A stretch of 64,000 bases of DNA from Tricharina praecox (GCF_024521635.1 NW_026250449.1:1-64000); one strand, 5' to 3'. Positions 38,311 to 50,856 are shown, counted from the first letter of the stretch. Numbers and translations are program-made. Notes: generated by a model not told the origin, from the letters alone.

Positions 38311-39133
38311 CATGGGGGAGGACGAGGACGAGGACGCGGACATGTAGGTGGGTTCCGGCATGGACGAGGACAGGGAAGAGGATGAGGACATAGAGGACGA
38401 TGCCTGGGTCTTCAGGAGCTGTTATCTTTTTATTTCGTTTTCAAATGTATCGCGAAAACTCCATCCTCGATGATTTTGTATGTTTTCGAGCACGCCACGA
38501 CGCATCTCTAGTGTGCAGAAAGTGCAGAAAGATAAATCAAGGATCCCCACCAGACTCGACTCACAGGATGTTATTCACGCCGTGCATGTATGCCCGCCAC
38601 CGCATAATATGTGTGTGTGCCGATAATATGCCCGGTCACTGTGTGATATGTATTATTCTCGAGGGGCCGGACGTCGTCGCCGAAAAGATGGTGGTTGCGC
38701 GTGGCCAGTGCTGGAAGAGTCAGTAAGAGGTAAACCATCTGTCAAGCCGTCGACGTCTAAAACATCCGCTCGCATCCATTCGTCGCTCTCATTTATTAGT
38801 CATTACATACAGAGGTATCGTAGGGCCGTATCCAGCTCTACTAACCCTTGGCATGTCGTCCGCAACTTGAGGCACCGATACGCCACATGCGTTCGTGTAG
38901 AGGCATATAATGAGTACCTCGATATCTTGGCCTTACTGGCGGAACCATGGGCTAGTTTGGCGAGCGAGAGCGCCGACGCTGCCGCCACCGATGAGGAAAT
39001 GATGAATGGCGAGACGAGCCACATGGGAGGCGGAGAGAAGGGACAGATGATGAAAGTTAAGGCTCACAACAGGGCGGAGAAAATGGAGGAGGACGTGGAC
39101 ATGGAGGAGGGTGAGGAAGAAGATGAGGCCTAG
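38311..39133 (+). pseudogene. Two C-terminal fragments of the microprotein family (units 2 and 3)
   Basis: MGEDEDEDADM*VGSGMDED...EDDA at 38311-38405, and ESADAAATDEEM...EKMEEDVDMEEGEEEDEA* ending at 39133; each is followed by the family 3' block. Confidence 0.65.
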
Positions 39134-39716
39134 TAGGGCGCCGGGAGCAGTTATCTTTTTCTTTCTTTCTTTCAAATTAATCGCGGACTACTACATCCTT
39201 AATGATTTTGTCTTCTTTCGAGCTCGTCTCGATGCACCCCAGTTATGTACCAGATAGTTGTAGGGTCGTAGCTAGCTCTACTCACTATGTACCTACTTGC
39301 AGGCTGTGTGTTCGAGACGGCTTTACACAACATGCGTTGCTGTAGATATGAAACTCTTGGCCTCTGCTTACAAACCTGAAAAGGCTTACACACGGCAGGC
39401 AAGCTGTCGTAACTACCTGCTGCATCGTGGGTCCTAGGGCGGCGCTGCATGCGCATCACTCGCCTCGGGTGACATCTGATGCCGCCACGGTAGCGAAAAG
39501 TTTCAATTACGACTCAACGGCGATTCAGCTTCAGCACCTCGTAAGATTACGCTTCGCTACTACTAAATCTCTCCCCCCCAAATTCTTATCTCTGTCTCTC
39601 TCTCTTTTCTTCCTCCTACAATCCATCCGACGATCAATAACACCAACCGATCAACAATTGTCTACTCCAAACCATCCGAACCAATAACCTCTGCAATTCC
39701 CTCGCCGAGAGAAACC

Positions 39717-40118
39717 ATGGCCACCCCTACCACCCCCACCATGGATACCGCGAGCCCCGCCTCCGCCGACAACGACAAGGCCCTCGAGTTCTTGGCCGGA
39801 CTGGCTGAGCTCATGGATAGTATGGCGAGCGGGAACGGAGCCGAGGCTGCCGACGCCGATGAGCAGATGGACATGGACATGGACATGGAAGTGGCGATGC
39901 AGCTGGACTTTTGGATGGGGATGAAGATGGATACAGATGTGGAGATGGGGATGGAGGAGAAGATGAAGAAGATGGAGGTCACGGCGGACGACGAGGACGA
40001 GGAAATGGGGGAGCAAGAGGACGAGTACGAGGACACTGAGAGGGGCGCGGGCATGGACGAGGATGGGGACATGGAGATGTGTGCGCACATGATGATCAAG
40101 GACATGGAGATAGCATAG
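39717..40118 (+). CDS. Acidic Met-rich microprotein, unit 4 (133 aa, intact)
   Basis: MATPTTPT...NDKALEFLAGLAELMDSM...AEAADADEQMDMDMDME... Confidence 0.7.
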   Translation: MATPTTPTMDTASPASADNDKALEFLAGLAELMDSMASGNGAEAADADEQMDMDMDMEVAMQLDFWMGMKMDTDVEMGMEEKMKKMEVTADDEDEEMGEQEDEYEDTERGAGMDEDGDMEMCAHMMIKDMEIA

Positions 40119-40727
40119 GGCTTCGGGAATTGTTGTCTTTTTTTTTCTTCTTCCAATATTACCATAAATACCCGCATCTTCAATGACTTTTTTTATATCC
40201 TTTCAATCTCGTCAAGAGTGGCGACGCCGCGATAGTTATTTACCAGATACATGTAGTAGTTACCATAGGCTTGTAGCCAGGTATAAATATTGAGATGCCG
40301 ACCGCGGTCCGGCACCGATATGCAACATGCGCTCCTGTAAAAATGGAAATTTTGGTTTCTCCGTGCTGGAGTATTTGTCCGAATGGAGGCTATCGTACTT
40401 ACCCGCTGCTCCGTGCTTCAAAAGACAGAGATCATCAATTTATTTCGCATACCTCCTATCTACTTAGCCACTATGCGCTTTGTTTTTTCTTTTTGTTCTT
40501 TAATTAGGTACACCGCGCTTCTCCGGCAGCGCTTCACAATATATCACTTACAGCGAGTGACATCAAACGCCTCGACGGTGGTAGCGGCAAGGCTCACTAA
40601 CGACTGAACGGCGATTCAGCTCGAGCACCGAGTGATTTGTCTTTTCTGCACGCGAGAGCTCTCCACTCCAACTATCTCTCTCTTCCTCTCTCTCTCTCTC
40701 TCTCTTCTTCCTCCTACACCATCCATC

Positions 40728-40820
40728 CGACGATCAATAACCCTCGACGATCAATAACCCTCGACGATCAATAACCCTCGACGATCTATAACCCCCAACG
40801 ATCAATAACCTAACGATCAT
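40728..40820 (+). repeat. 17-bp tandem repeat CGACGATCAATAACCCT, about 5-6 copies, in a unit leader
   Basis: Directly visible; a similar expansion occurs at about 48590-48670. Confidence 0.9.
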
Positions 40821-40861
40821 CAAATCTCTACTCCAAACCGTCCGAACCAACGACCGTAACA

Positions 40862-41167
40862 ATGGCCACCCCTACGACCCCCACAATGACGACTTTCGCC
40901 TCCACCTCCGCCTCGCCCTGCAACGACAAGGCCCGCGAGTTCCTGGCCGGAATGGCTGACATGATGGATAGTTTGGTCAGCATCGGAGCCGAGGCTGCCG
41001 ACGCTGATGAGATGGACATCGACGTGGACATTGAGATCAATATCAACATGGGGATGGACATGTGGGTGGACGAGAAGATGGATGATATGGAGGTCACCGC
41101 GGAGGACGAGAACGAGGACATGGGGGAGGGCGAGTACCAGGACGGAAACATGGAAGTGGAAGCGTGA
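40862..41167 (+). CDS. Acidic Met-rich microprotein, unit 5 (101 aa; premature TGA, family stop at 41230)
   Basis: MATPTTPT...NDKAREFLAGMADMMDSLV; the frame continues after the TGA to EVMEEA*. Confidence 0.55.
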   Translation: MATPTTPTMTTFASTSASPCNDKAREFLAGMADMMDSLVSIGAEAADADEMDIDVDIEININMGMDMWVDEKMDDMEVTAEDENEDMGEGEYQDGNMEVEA

Positions 41168-41823
41168 ATGGATGGGGACGAGGATATGGAGGTGGATGCG
41201 GACATGGACGAGGTCATGGAAGAGGCATAGGCCGGAGGGAGCTACTTTTGTTACGTTTTCAATATTACCATAAATATCCGCATCTTCAATGACTTTTTTG
41301 TATCCTCTCGATATCATCACCTGTCGCAACGCTGCGACAGGTATTTACGAGATTTACAGTTGTCGTAGGCTCATAGCCAGCCATAGTAGTGACCATAGAT
41401 ATGCGGGCTGCGGATCGAGACAGCGATACGATACATACGCAATACGTATTCCGTAAAATTGGCATTTTTGACTTCCTGTCCTGGAGCACTGGTGCTGAGT
41501 CCAAGCTGTAGTAACTACCTGCTGCATGGATGTGGTTCTCCGAGGGCGCTGCATGCGGCATCACTCGTAGCGAGTGACATCACATGTCTCATCCCAGCTG
41601 CAAGCCTCAATAGCGACTCAACGGCGATTCATCTCTAGTACCGAGTGGGCTTTCGCTTCGCCACCACTAGATTACTCCCTTGCAACTTTAGTTCTCTCTC
41701 TCTCTCCCTCCTACACCATCCATCTGACGATCAATAACCCCCCACCGCCACAACAAAATTACAATTCTCTACTACCAACCATCCAAACCCGCAACCTAGA
41801 CAATTCCCACAACGGCAGACACA

Positions 41824-42177
41824 ATGGCCACCCCTCCCTCCTCCGCCATCCAGACTATCGCCCCCTTCTCCGCCTCCAACGACAAGGCCCTCGATTTCTT
41901 GGCCGAGCTCATGGATAGCTTGGTTGGCGTCGCAGCCAAGGCTGCTGACGAAGATGAGATGGAGTTGGACATGGAGAATGAGATAGGCATGGGTATGGAC
42001 ATCGAAATCGAAATGAACATGGAGATGGGGGTGGGAATGGAGGAGAACATGGAGGATATCCAGGTCAGGTCGGGGGACGAGGACGAGGACATGGGGGAGG
42101 ACAACAACGACGACGAGGACAAGGACATGGAGGAGGAGGAGGTCATGCAGAAGGGCGAGATAATGAATGAGGCATAG
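41824..42177 (+). CDS. Acidic Met-rich microprotein, unit 6 (117 aa, intact)
   Basis: MATPPSS...NDKALDFLAELMDSLVGVAAKAAD... Confidence 0.7.
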   Translation: MATPPSSAIQTIAPFSASNDKALDFLAELMDSLVGVAAKAADEDEMELDMENEIGMGMDIEIEMNMEMGVGMEENMEDIQVRSGDEDEDMGEDNNDDEDKDMEEEEVMQKGEIMNEA

Positions 42178-43188
42178 GCCCGTGGGAGCGTTTTTTTCTC
42201 TTCTTTTTTCAGTATTACCATAAATAACCGTATATTCAATGACGTTTTTGTATCCTTTTGATCTTATGATGAGTCGCAACGCCGTGTCAGTTATGTACCA
42301 CATACATACTAGTTAGTTGTTATCATGGGCTCGTAGTCAGCTCTGCTCTACTCTTGTAGATATCCTATTCTGTCGGCACTCTAGTCTCGGTTCCCCTGCG
42401 CTGGCGGTGTGTGCTTGCGCGGCGGGATATTGGGCAGTGTGGCCGGGATCTGGTGTTCTCTCTCTCTCTTTCTCTCTCTCTCGTTCTCTCGTATTTCATT
42501 CCCATTATCCGCGGGCTACCGCCGCCCCGGCTACGTTCCATTCGATCGGCCTAGTTTAGCCGACTTCAACATCAATCGCGGCGGCGGTGTACACCCCTTC
42601 ACTCTTCCGCCGCCGATAAATAACTCGTGGCGATTGCGATTGCGAGATACATCTTCAGTTTATATCGCATGTAGCCCTTCTAGCCTATGACGGACTGGCA
42701 CTCCTTCCCTGCCCACTCTGGCCGGCCGGGAGTTGAGACCCCGCCACCAGCCAGCACGATGTGGCGACGCTGCATGCCAAACCAAAAACACCATACGGAG
42801 CTGCACCCAGGAGATTTAGGTACCTACGTACTTTTCTTTATTTCTTACTTCCTCGTAACGAGCGCAGACACAGTACTGTACTGCTCCGCGCGTCTCCGGC
42901 GTCACCTCACACTACAGCACTTGATGCGAGTGACATCACATGCCTTTTGGCAGCGACAAGGTTCTATAACGACTGTCAATGGCGATTCAGCTCTAGCTCC
43001 GAGCGTTTTGTCCTTTGGCTACTCGCGATCCCTCCTCCCAAACCCCCCCCCTCTCTCTCTTTCTATCTATCTCTTTTTCTTCCTCCTACAACATCCATCC
43101 GACGATCAATAACCCCCACCATATAACAATTCTGTACTCCAAACCGTCCGAGCCAACACCCTCAACAATAAAATCAGCGAACTACACA

Positions 43189-43534
43189 ATGGCCGGCACC
43201 ATCGCCCTCAGCATCAAGACCGCCAGCCCGGACGCCGCCGACGCCGACAACCAGATGGACGTTGGCATGAAGACGGACATGGACATAGAGATGGGCATGG
43301 AGATGCACATCCGGATGGGGATGAAGATGGATAATCGATATGGAGATGGGGATGGAGGAGAAGATGGAGAAGATGGAGGTCATAGCGGTCGACGAGGACG
43401 AGGACATGGGGGAAGAAGAGGACGAGTACGAGGTCATGGACGAGGGCGAGGCCATGGAGGAGGGTGTGGGCATAGACGAGGGCGAGGCCATGGAGGAGAG
43501 TGTGGGCATGGACGAGGAGATGAAAGAGGTATAG
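43189..43534 (+). pseudogene. Microprotein unit 7, core helix deleted and frameshifted
   Basis: MAGTIALSIKTASP joins directly to DAADADNQMD; frameshift near 43335 before MEMGMEEKME. Confidence 0.65.
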
Positions 43535-43651
43535 GCCTCAGGGAGCATTTTTCTTTTTCAATATTACCATAAATACCCGCATTTTCAACGAAATTTTTGT
43601 ATCCATTCGATCTCGTCAGGAGTTGCGACGCCGCGGCAGTTATGCAGCAAA

Positions 43652-44190
43652 CAGGGCTGTCAACCGTCCGTCCGGACTACAGTCCACTAGTGGACTATAG
43701 TCCCATCCCGTCCCGGGCAGGCTATCCAGAGAACTGATCCATTCCGCCCGGAGGATGGAATGCCTGGATACCCGCCAGGTACCTATAAGTACCTAATAGC
43801 ACTAGCGTGCTATGCTGACTACTAGTTTGCGAAGTAGTATGACCACCAACAGAATTTTCAGACTCGAGCAGAATTTTCAACGTCGTCAAACAATCGACCT
43901 CAGAGGATAGAAACTGCTGTTAGTAGGAATAGGGATGACGTGAAAGTTCTGTACCGTGAGAGACACTTCGAAATGGAGCCGCACAGCCACACATCCCCAC
44001 ACCGGCGCCACTGTGTAGCGCCACGCCGCTTGCATTGTCCTAGTGTTCCAGTCAATTCCGGGCCCTGTAGGGTATCCGTCCTCATTTCTCCAACCCGGAA
44101 GACTGTAGTCCCCGGTCTCCTTAGCCCGACTAATTCCGTCCCGGGCCGGGCAACCTCAAACACGGACGGGACGGACGGTTTACAGCCCTG
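43652..44190. mobile_element. hAT-like MITE family C (no TSD)
   Basis: 22-bp TIR cagggctgtcaaccgtccgtcc / ggacggacggtttacagccctg with 1 mismatch. Confidence 0.85.
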
Positions 44191-44721
44191 CGGCCGATGC
44201 GAGGAAGTTGGTGAGGAGGATAAGCAGTGATTGGGTGTGGAGCGGAAGCAGAACACAGTGGAGAGACGCCACCGGGGCTTTCACCTTGACTGGCCAGGGC
44301 GGGCAGGAAACGGAGTTCGTGGGTTCGCCATAGTCTAGATACGCGGCATGCGGAATAAAACAGAAAGATCTCACTCTCGATCACAACCAGCAGTTTCGAC
44401 CCACGACGAATTCGCGCCGGATAGTCAAGCCCCCAGCCACGACTGCCTAGAACTACAAGCAATCACGAAGAACGGCACGGTTTTTTTACTTTTTTACTTT
44501 TTTTCTGGATTTCTATTTAAAAAAAAAGATGACAGACATTACACCCTTCCATAGTCTCCTTGTCCCACCATTGGAAAACCTGGATCCGCCGGTCACTAGG
44601 AAAAGGTATGGACTCAATTGCAACTACACTCGAGCCTGGAAAATACTCGAGGCAGAGGGGAAGGGGGGAAAGGAATTATCGAGGAAGCAACGTAGAAACA
44701 AAAGGAAAATGAGGACCTACC

Positions 44722-46530
44722 TTACAAGGAGGCCATATAGACCTCCTCGAGCCGCTGTCTGACCTCTTGCAGCCACACACGCCCCTCTTCCAGCGTTGCC
44801 AACATGTACACCTCCGCCTAGTGTCGCAGTTGCTCCAGCTGCTGCCATCGCTGCTCGCAGAGCCAGATGAAAGACACCCCACCCATACGAAGCAACTCAG
44901 GCTGCTGCTGAGCCCACAAGACCAACCTCTGGTACGTCTCCAGCAGGCCGGCCTCGCTCTGCGTGTTGGCCACAGCTAGTGCCTCTGACAGGTAGTCGTA
45001 TTGAAAAGAGACAATACGCTCGTACTCACGCTCATGGAGCTGGTACTCCTGCAGAAGTTGCTGCCGCAGCGTCATCAGAGGGGCGCTGCTAGGTTCCGGC
45101 TGCTGTTGCGACTGCCGCTGCAGCTCTTCGTACCGTCGCAGCGCTTGGACCTGCCGCTCCCCGTAGATCATCAGACCCGTCTCGAACTGCTGCTGTTGCT
45201 CGGTCTGGGTGAGGAACGTCGGAGGCGCGGACGAGATCACTTGCTCAGGTACCGGTGACTGTTCCCTCTGAGATTGAGCCTTCAGCGGCTGTGGCTGGAC
45301 GGGGGTAGAGGCTGGCCCGGGAGCAGAAGTAATCGGCGCAAATTGCACCTAAGCCTGGGCCAGAGCTTCGGCCTTCGCTTGCGCGATAGCGTCAGCTGTT
45401 GCCCGCTTCTTTGCCAGAAGCCGGGCCTTCTTCTGCTCCGCCTGGACTCTGGCTTGCGCCCGAGCCTGAGCGTCAGCATTTGCTTTCGCAATTCCCTCAG
45501 CTGTGGCGTTTGCCAGCCTCTGCTCGTCCGCATCACGGGCAGGTTCCCGAGCTTTGGCATCCGCTTATGCTTGGGCTTGGGCAGAAGCCCTCGCCTTTGC
45601 ATCAGCTTCCGCCTGAGCTCGATCACGAGCCTCAGCTTCCACCTATGCCTACTTCTGGCGGGCCACCTTATCAGCCTGTGCGCGAGCACGAGCCTCAGTG
45701 GCCGCCTGAGCCTTGGCTGCCGCCTCTTTCTGGAGGTCCATTTCACGGGCCCATGCCCGAGCCTTGGCCTCTGCTTCTGCTTGGGCTTGGGCAACAGCCT
45801 TCGCCCGCACATCCGCTTCCGCCTGTGCCCTAGCACGATTGGTCTCAATTTCCTCCATTGCCTGACGCTGGAGCTCAGCATCACGAGCCCGCGCTTGAGC
45901 CTGAGCATCCGTTTCCACCAGAGCTTGGCCAAAAGGCCCTGCCCTCGCATCCGCTTCCACCTGCTGCCTAGCACGAGCCTCAGCATCGGCCCTGCCCATG
46001 ATCACCGCTTCCGCGAAGTTTCTTGGCTTGGACCTTGGATTGATCTCCCAAGTCAAGATCTGTCTGAAGGCTCCGAGGACTTTCGTCTTCGTCGGCTTCG
46101 ACAGATCCGTCCGCGTATCGGCCATCTTCTTCATCTGCCGAATCTCATCTGCTAGCAGTGCGACAGCCACAGTGTTCCCCTTCTTCCAACAATCTTGGGC
46201 GGCCACCACGAGCTCTTCAGCCCGCTTTACCAGGCCCCTGTCGCGCAATTCGGTCAAGGCCGGAGGTGGGGAAAACCCAGAGACCGGCCGACGCGAATTC
46301 TCCGCGTGCGGTAACTTGGCGCCGTCTGGATCCTCGGTCGCCCGTCTCTTCGACCCGGTGCTAGCACCAGGGTGGACGGCGTGACCGGGACCAGGAACGG
46401 ACGCAGGTGTTGCTGGGGGGGCAGAGGGGGGAGGAGGAAGAGGAGGGGCTGGGTGTTGACTTGCCGTCCGGGACGTCCACTTTGCGGGTGGATCCCCTTC
46501 AGGTTCGTCCGTCGCAGTTCTTTTGAACAT
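44722..46530 (-). pseudogene. Ala/Gln/Arg-rich coiled-coil repeat protein, about 600 codons, five in-frame stops and no frameshift
   Basis: ORFs 45649-46530 and 44818-45348 share a frame; reading through gives ARQK*A*VEAE...AQAQA*ADAK...LAQA*VQF...LRH*AEVY...YMASL*. Confidence 0.75.
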
Positions 46531-47558
46531 GGTGGGGGTGGGGGAAATGTGTGGAAAAGTGAAGATTGTAGATGGTGGGGGGGGGGAAAGTGGTCAAATG
46601 GGTGTGCGATGTAGAGAAAAAAAGAAGAGGAGAGGAGGGGTGGGGATGGGGCTTTTTATAGTTGAATCTGCTATCGGCGAAAACCTGTTTTCGACCTCAA
46701 CTAGCCGTTGCAGCCCTTCATGTGCTGTCACTCGACACCTGAAAAACTATTTGGCCGACAGTCAGATGACTGAGGCCACGTGGAGCAAGATCTCCATGCC
46801 CTAGAGAGGTAGTAAGAAATGCATCAATGTTCACATTGATGGCAGCAATATTCTCCCGCTATTTGTGGACAGTATCATGATAATGCCTGCCGTGGCTGGA
46901 GGCACCGATACGCAACATGTCAAACTTTGGATCGGCGGCCAAGCTTAGGCGGCGCCTCAGTTTTGAAGTGAGGTCTCGCCGCGGATGATATTACGTTCTT
47001 CTTTTTCTCGGTATCAAATAAGGTATCTCCTCCTGTCTACCGAGATCATCCAACGCAACATGCGCTCCTGTAGAAATGGAATTCTTGATATCTCCGTAAT
47101 GGAGCATTTGTACCGAATGGCGGCTATCGTACCTACCCGCTGCTCGGTGCTTCAAAAAGTAAAGATCATCCATTTATCTCGCATACAGCCTAACTCCTTA
47201 GCCACTATCCGCCACTTTTTTTTTCTTCTTCTTTCATTGGGTGCTCCGCGCTTTTCCGGCAACGCTTCATAATGCATCAGTCAATGCGAGTGACATCACA
47301 TGCCTCGCCATAGCGACCAGCGTCAATAACGACTCTCAACGGTGATTCATCTTCGACACATGGTGAGCTTTTGCTTCACCGCCACTAGACTTCTCCTCCC
47401 CAGCTTCCTCTCTCTCTTTCTCCCTTTCTCTCTCTCCTCCTCCTCCTACAGCATCCATCCGACTTTCAATAACCCCCCACCGCAACAACACAATTACAAT
47501 TATCTACTACCAACCATCCAAACACACAACCTCCACATTTCACCAAACGCCAGACACA

Positions 47559-47951
47559 ATGGCCACCGCTACCACCACTACCACCCACACCATCAAGACT
47601 TTCGCCTAGGCCTATCCCTCCAACAACAAGGCCGTCGATATCTTCGCCGAGCTCATGGATACCTTGGTTGGCGTCGGAGTCAAGGCTGCCGACGCAGACG
47701 AGATGGAAATTGACGTGGAAGTTGAGATTTATATGGGAATGGTGATGGAGATTGATATGAACATGGAGATGGTGATGCGGATGGACGAGAAAATGGAGGA
47801 TATGCTGGTCAAGGCGGAGGACGAGGACGAGGACATGGCGGAGGATGAAGAAGAGGACGAGGATATGGTCGCGGGTGCGACTATCGACGAGGATGAGGAC
47901 ATGGATGAGGGTGATGATATGCACGAGGGCGAGATCATGGATGAGGTATAG
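47559..47951 (+). pseudogene. Microprotein unit 8 with in-frame TAG at 47607-47609
   Basis: MATATTTTTHTIKTFA*AYPSNNKAVDIFAELMDTLVGVGVKAAD...; otherwise a full 131-codon frame. Confidence 0.7.
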
Positions 47952-48727
47952 GCCTGAGGGAGCGTTTTTTTCTCTTCTTTCTCAATATCACGATAAATAC
48001 CCGCATCTTCAACAATTTGTTTTGTATCCATTCGATCTCGTCACGAGTCGCGACGCCCCGCCAGTTATCTGTCAGATACATACTAGTGTTATCGTGGGCT
48101 CGTAGCCAGCTTTAATCTACTCTATATATCCTGATTCCTGGCTGGTCGGATCTCGAGTCTCGGTTGGATCTCCAGTGCGAGCGAGCGAGCGAGCGTGCGT
48201 GCGTGCGTGGGGGAGCCCGTCGCGCCTGGCGCGACAGGCGTGTAGAATACGAGGTACTTACAAAGTAGTTATTGTAGCGCCGCATGCTTTCCCGTAAAAA
48301 TTGAAATAGAACTTTTGGTTTCTCCAATATATAGGAAGGTATGAACATACGGAATCCAAGCTGCCGTACAGAACTACCCACTGCTCCGCGCTTCTCCGGC
48401 GGTGCTTCACAATGCATCACTCCAGTCGAGTGACATCACAAGCTCCTTCGCCGCGACAAGCCTCACTAACGACTTTCAACGGCGATTCAGCACCAGCACC
48501 GATTGATTTGTCTTTTTTCTAAGCCCGATCTCTCTTCCCCAACTTCCTCCCTCCCTCCCTCTCTCCTCTTCCTCCTACATCGTCCATTGCACGATAAATA
48601 CCCCCGACGATCAATATCCCCCAACGATCGATAACCGCCAACGATCAACAACCCCCGACGATCAACAATTCTGTATCTCAAACCTTCCAAACCCACCACC
48701 TCTGCATTACAATCCGCGACCGAAACA

Positions 48728-49138
48728 ATGGCCACCCCTAACAACACTACCATTCCCACCGTCAAGACTTTCGCCTCCGCCTCTGCCTCGCCCTCCAACC
48801 ACAAGGCCCGCGAGTACCTGGCTGGACTGGCCGACATGACGGATAGTTTGGTCGGCGTCGGAGGAGAGGCTGCCGATGCCGACGATTGGATGGAAATCGA
48901 CCTGGAGATCGAGATGGCCGTAGGTATGGAAATTGACATCGCGATGGATATGGAGATACAGATGGGGAGGGAGGAGAAGATGGCGGATATGCAGGTCACG
49001 GCGGACGGCGAGGACGAGGATATGCGGGAGGACGACAACGGCGACGAAGACGAGAACATGGAGGTAGTTGCGGGAATCAACGAGGATGAGGACATGGAGG
49101 TGGATGCGGGCATGGATGAGGTCATGGAGGAGGCATAG
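48728..49138 (+). CDS. Acidic Met-rich microprotein, unit 9 (136 aa, intact)
   Basis: MATPNNTT...NHKAREYLAGLADMTDSLVGVGGEAAD... Confidence 0.7.
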   Translation: MATPNNTTIPTVKTFASASASPSNHKAREYLAGLADMTDSLVGVGGEAADADDWMEIDLEIEMAVGMEIDIAMDMEIQMGREEKMADMQVTADGEDEDMREDDNGDEDENMEVVAGINEDEDMEVDAGMDEVMEEA

Positions 49139-49751
49139 GCCGGATGGAGCCACTGTATGTTACTTTTTCAATATTACCATAAATGTCCGCATCTTCAATG
49201 ACTTTTTTTTTTCCTTTCGAGCTCGGCGCACTGGCCGCGAAAGTTATGTAAAATAACAGATCCTTACGAATTAGTTATTGTAGGCTCGTAACTAGCTCTA
49301 CTAACGATCGACTGATCGGCAGCGGCTGGAGGCACCGATAGGTGCGCAACATGCGTTCCAGGTGAAGAATATATAGAACCTCTGCTTTCTCCGAACATAC
49401 ACGAAACTATGTACATACGGGACCCAAGAGACGTACAGAACTGCCCGCTGCTCCGCGCTTCTCTGGCAGCGCTCCACGATAGATCACTCCGCCCGAGTGA
49501 CCTCACATGCCCCCACGGTGGCAGCAGCTAGTGTGAATAACCATTTTCACTGGCGATTCAGCTTCAGCACCGGGTGGACTTTCGCTTCGCCGCCACTAGA
49601 CTTCGGCTCCCCAACTTCTTTCCTCTCTCTCTTTCTTCTTCCTCCTTCACCATCCACCAGAAGATCGATAACCCTCCACCGCCACAAAATAATTCTCTAC
49701 TCCAAACCGTCACAACCCACACCCTCAATAATACAATCAGCGAACTACACA

Positions 49752-50111
49752 ATGGCCAACATCACAGCCCCCACAACCAAGACTTTGGCCTCCGCCTCCG
49801 CTGCCAAAGACAAGGCCTTCGATTTCTTGGCCGTGCTCATGGATAGCTTGGTTGGCGTCGCAGCCGAAGCTGCCGACCCTGACGAGATGGAGTTGGACAA
49901 GGAGACTGGCATCAATATGGAGATGGGGATGGAGATGCGGATGCAACAGAAGATGGAGGATATGCAGGTCGCTGCGGTGGAGGAGGACGAGGACATAGGG
50001 GAGGATGAAGACGAGGACGAGGATATGGAGCTCGGTGCCCGCGTGGACGAGAATCAGGATATGGCGGTGGGTGAGTACATGCAGGATGGCGAGGACATGG
50101 AGATGGTCTAG
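49752..50111 (+). CDS. Acidic Met-rich microprotein, unit 10 (119 aa, intact)
   Basis: MANITAPTT...KDKAFDFLAVLMDSLVGVAAEAAD...; CACAATGGC start context. Confidence 0.7.
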   Translation: MANITAPTTKTLASASAAKDKAFDFLAVLMDSLVGVAAEAADPDEMELDKETGINMEMGMEMRMQQKMEDMQVAAVEEDEDIGEDEDEDEDMELGARVDENQDMAVGEYMQDGEDMEMV

Positions 50112-50856
50112 GGCTTCGGGAGTCGTGATCTTCTCTTCTCTCTTACAATAACATTACCATAACTGTAATCTCAATGACTTTCTTTGTATGCTTTCGATCT
50201 CGTCACCAGTCGCGACGCCGCGACAGTTATGTACCGGTACATTTACTACCTGTGTAGTAATCCCATGCTCGTAGCCAGCTCTACTCTAATCTGGATATCC
50301 TAGATATCCGGTCGGAACTAGACCGTCGAGTCCCGGTTCCCCAGTGCGTGAGTGCGTGTGCGAATTTTACGCCGTGCGATTGGGATCCGCTGATCTCTCT
50401 CTCGTATTTCGTTCCCATAGTTCGCTGACTACCGCCATCGCGGCTGCGTTCCGTTCGATCGGCTCCACTCCAGCCGCTTTCAACCGCACATCCCACCACC
50501 TCCGCCGCCGACCAATGACTCCTGGAGCAAGCCGGTTCCCCGCCGGCCAACGAGATCGAGAGAAAGCGAGTGATATTCCCGGAGTTACACTGTTATAAAT
50601 CGCAATAAGCGCCATACAGGTAACAGCTTCATGTTCCGATTACAGCTATACTACCCAGCCCAACGAGGTAGCCAGCCACTGCAGCCTATATACTAAACGC
50701 ACGGACAACCGGTTCGTATATACAGTCTCCCGCCAGCGCAAAACTGGGCAGCGCAAGAATAACAACCGATGGGAAACTATCCATTGTACAAAAAACGATC
50801 CACCCAATTGCCCACCGACGCACCACCGGAATCGGTAGTGGTCGCTGCCTACCAAG

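Noticed and set aside
40728..40820. CRISPR-like appearance of short repeats
   Set aside because: Contiguous tandem repeats with no unique spacers, no cas genes, and a eukaryotic context.
45274..46155. 293-aa Leu/Ser/Arg-rich + strand ORF and the 234-aa alternative-frame ORF
   Set aside because: Shadow frames of the Ala/Gln repeat pseudogene.
37526..49996. Minus-strand Ser/Ile/Met-rich and His/Leu-rich ORFs overlapping the array units
   Set aside because: Antisense shadows of GAG/GAC/ATG-rich codons; the start context and CT leader support the + strand.
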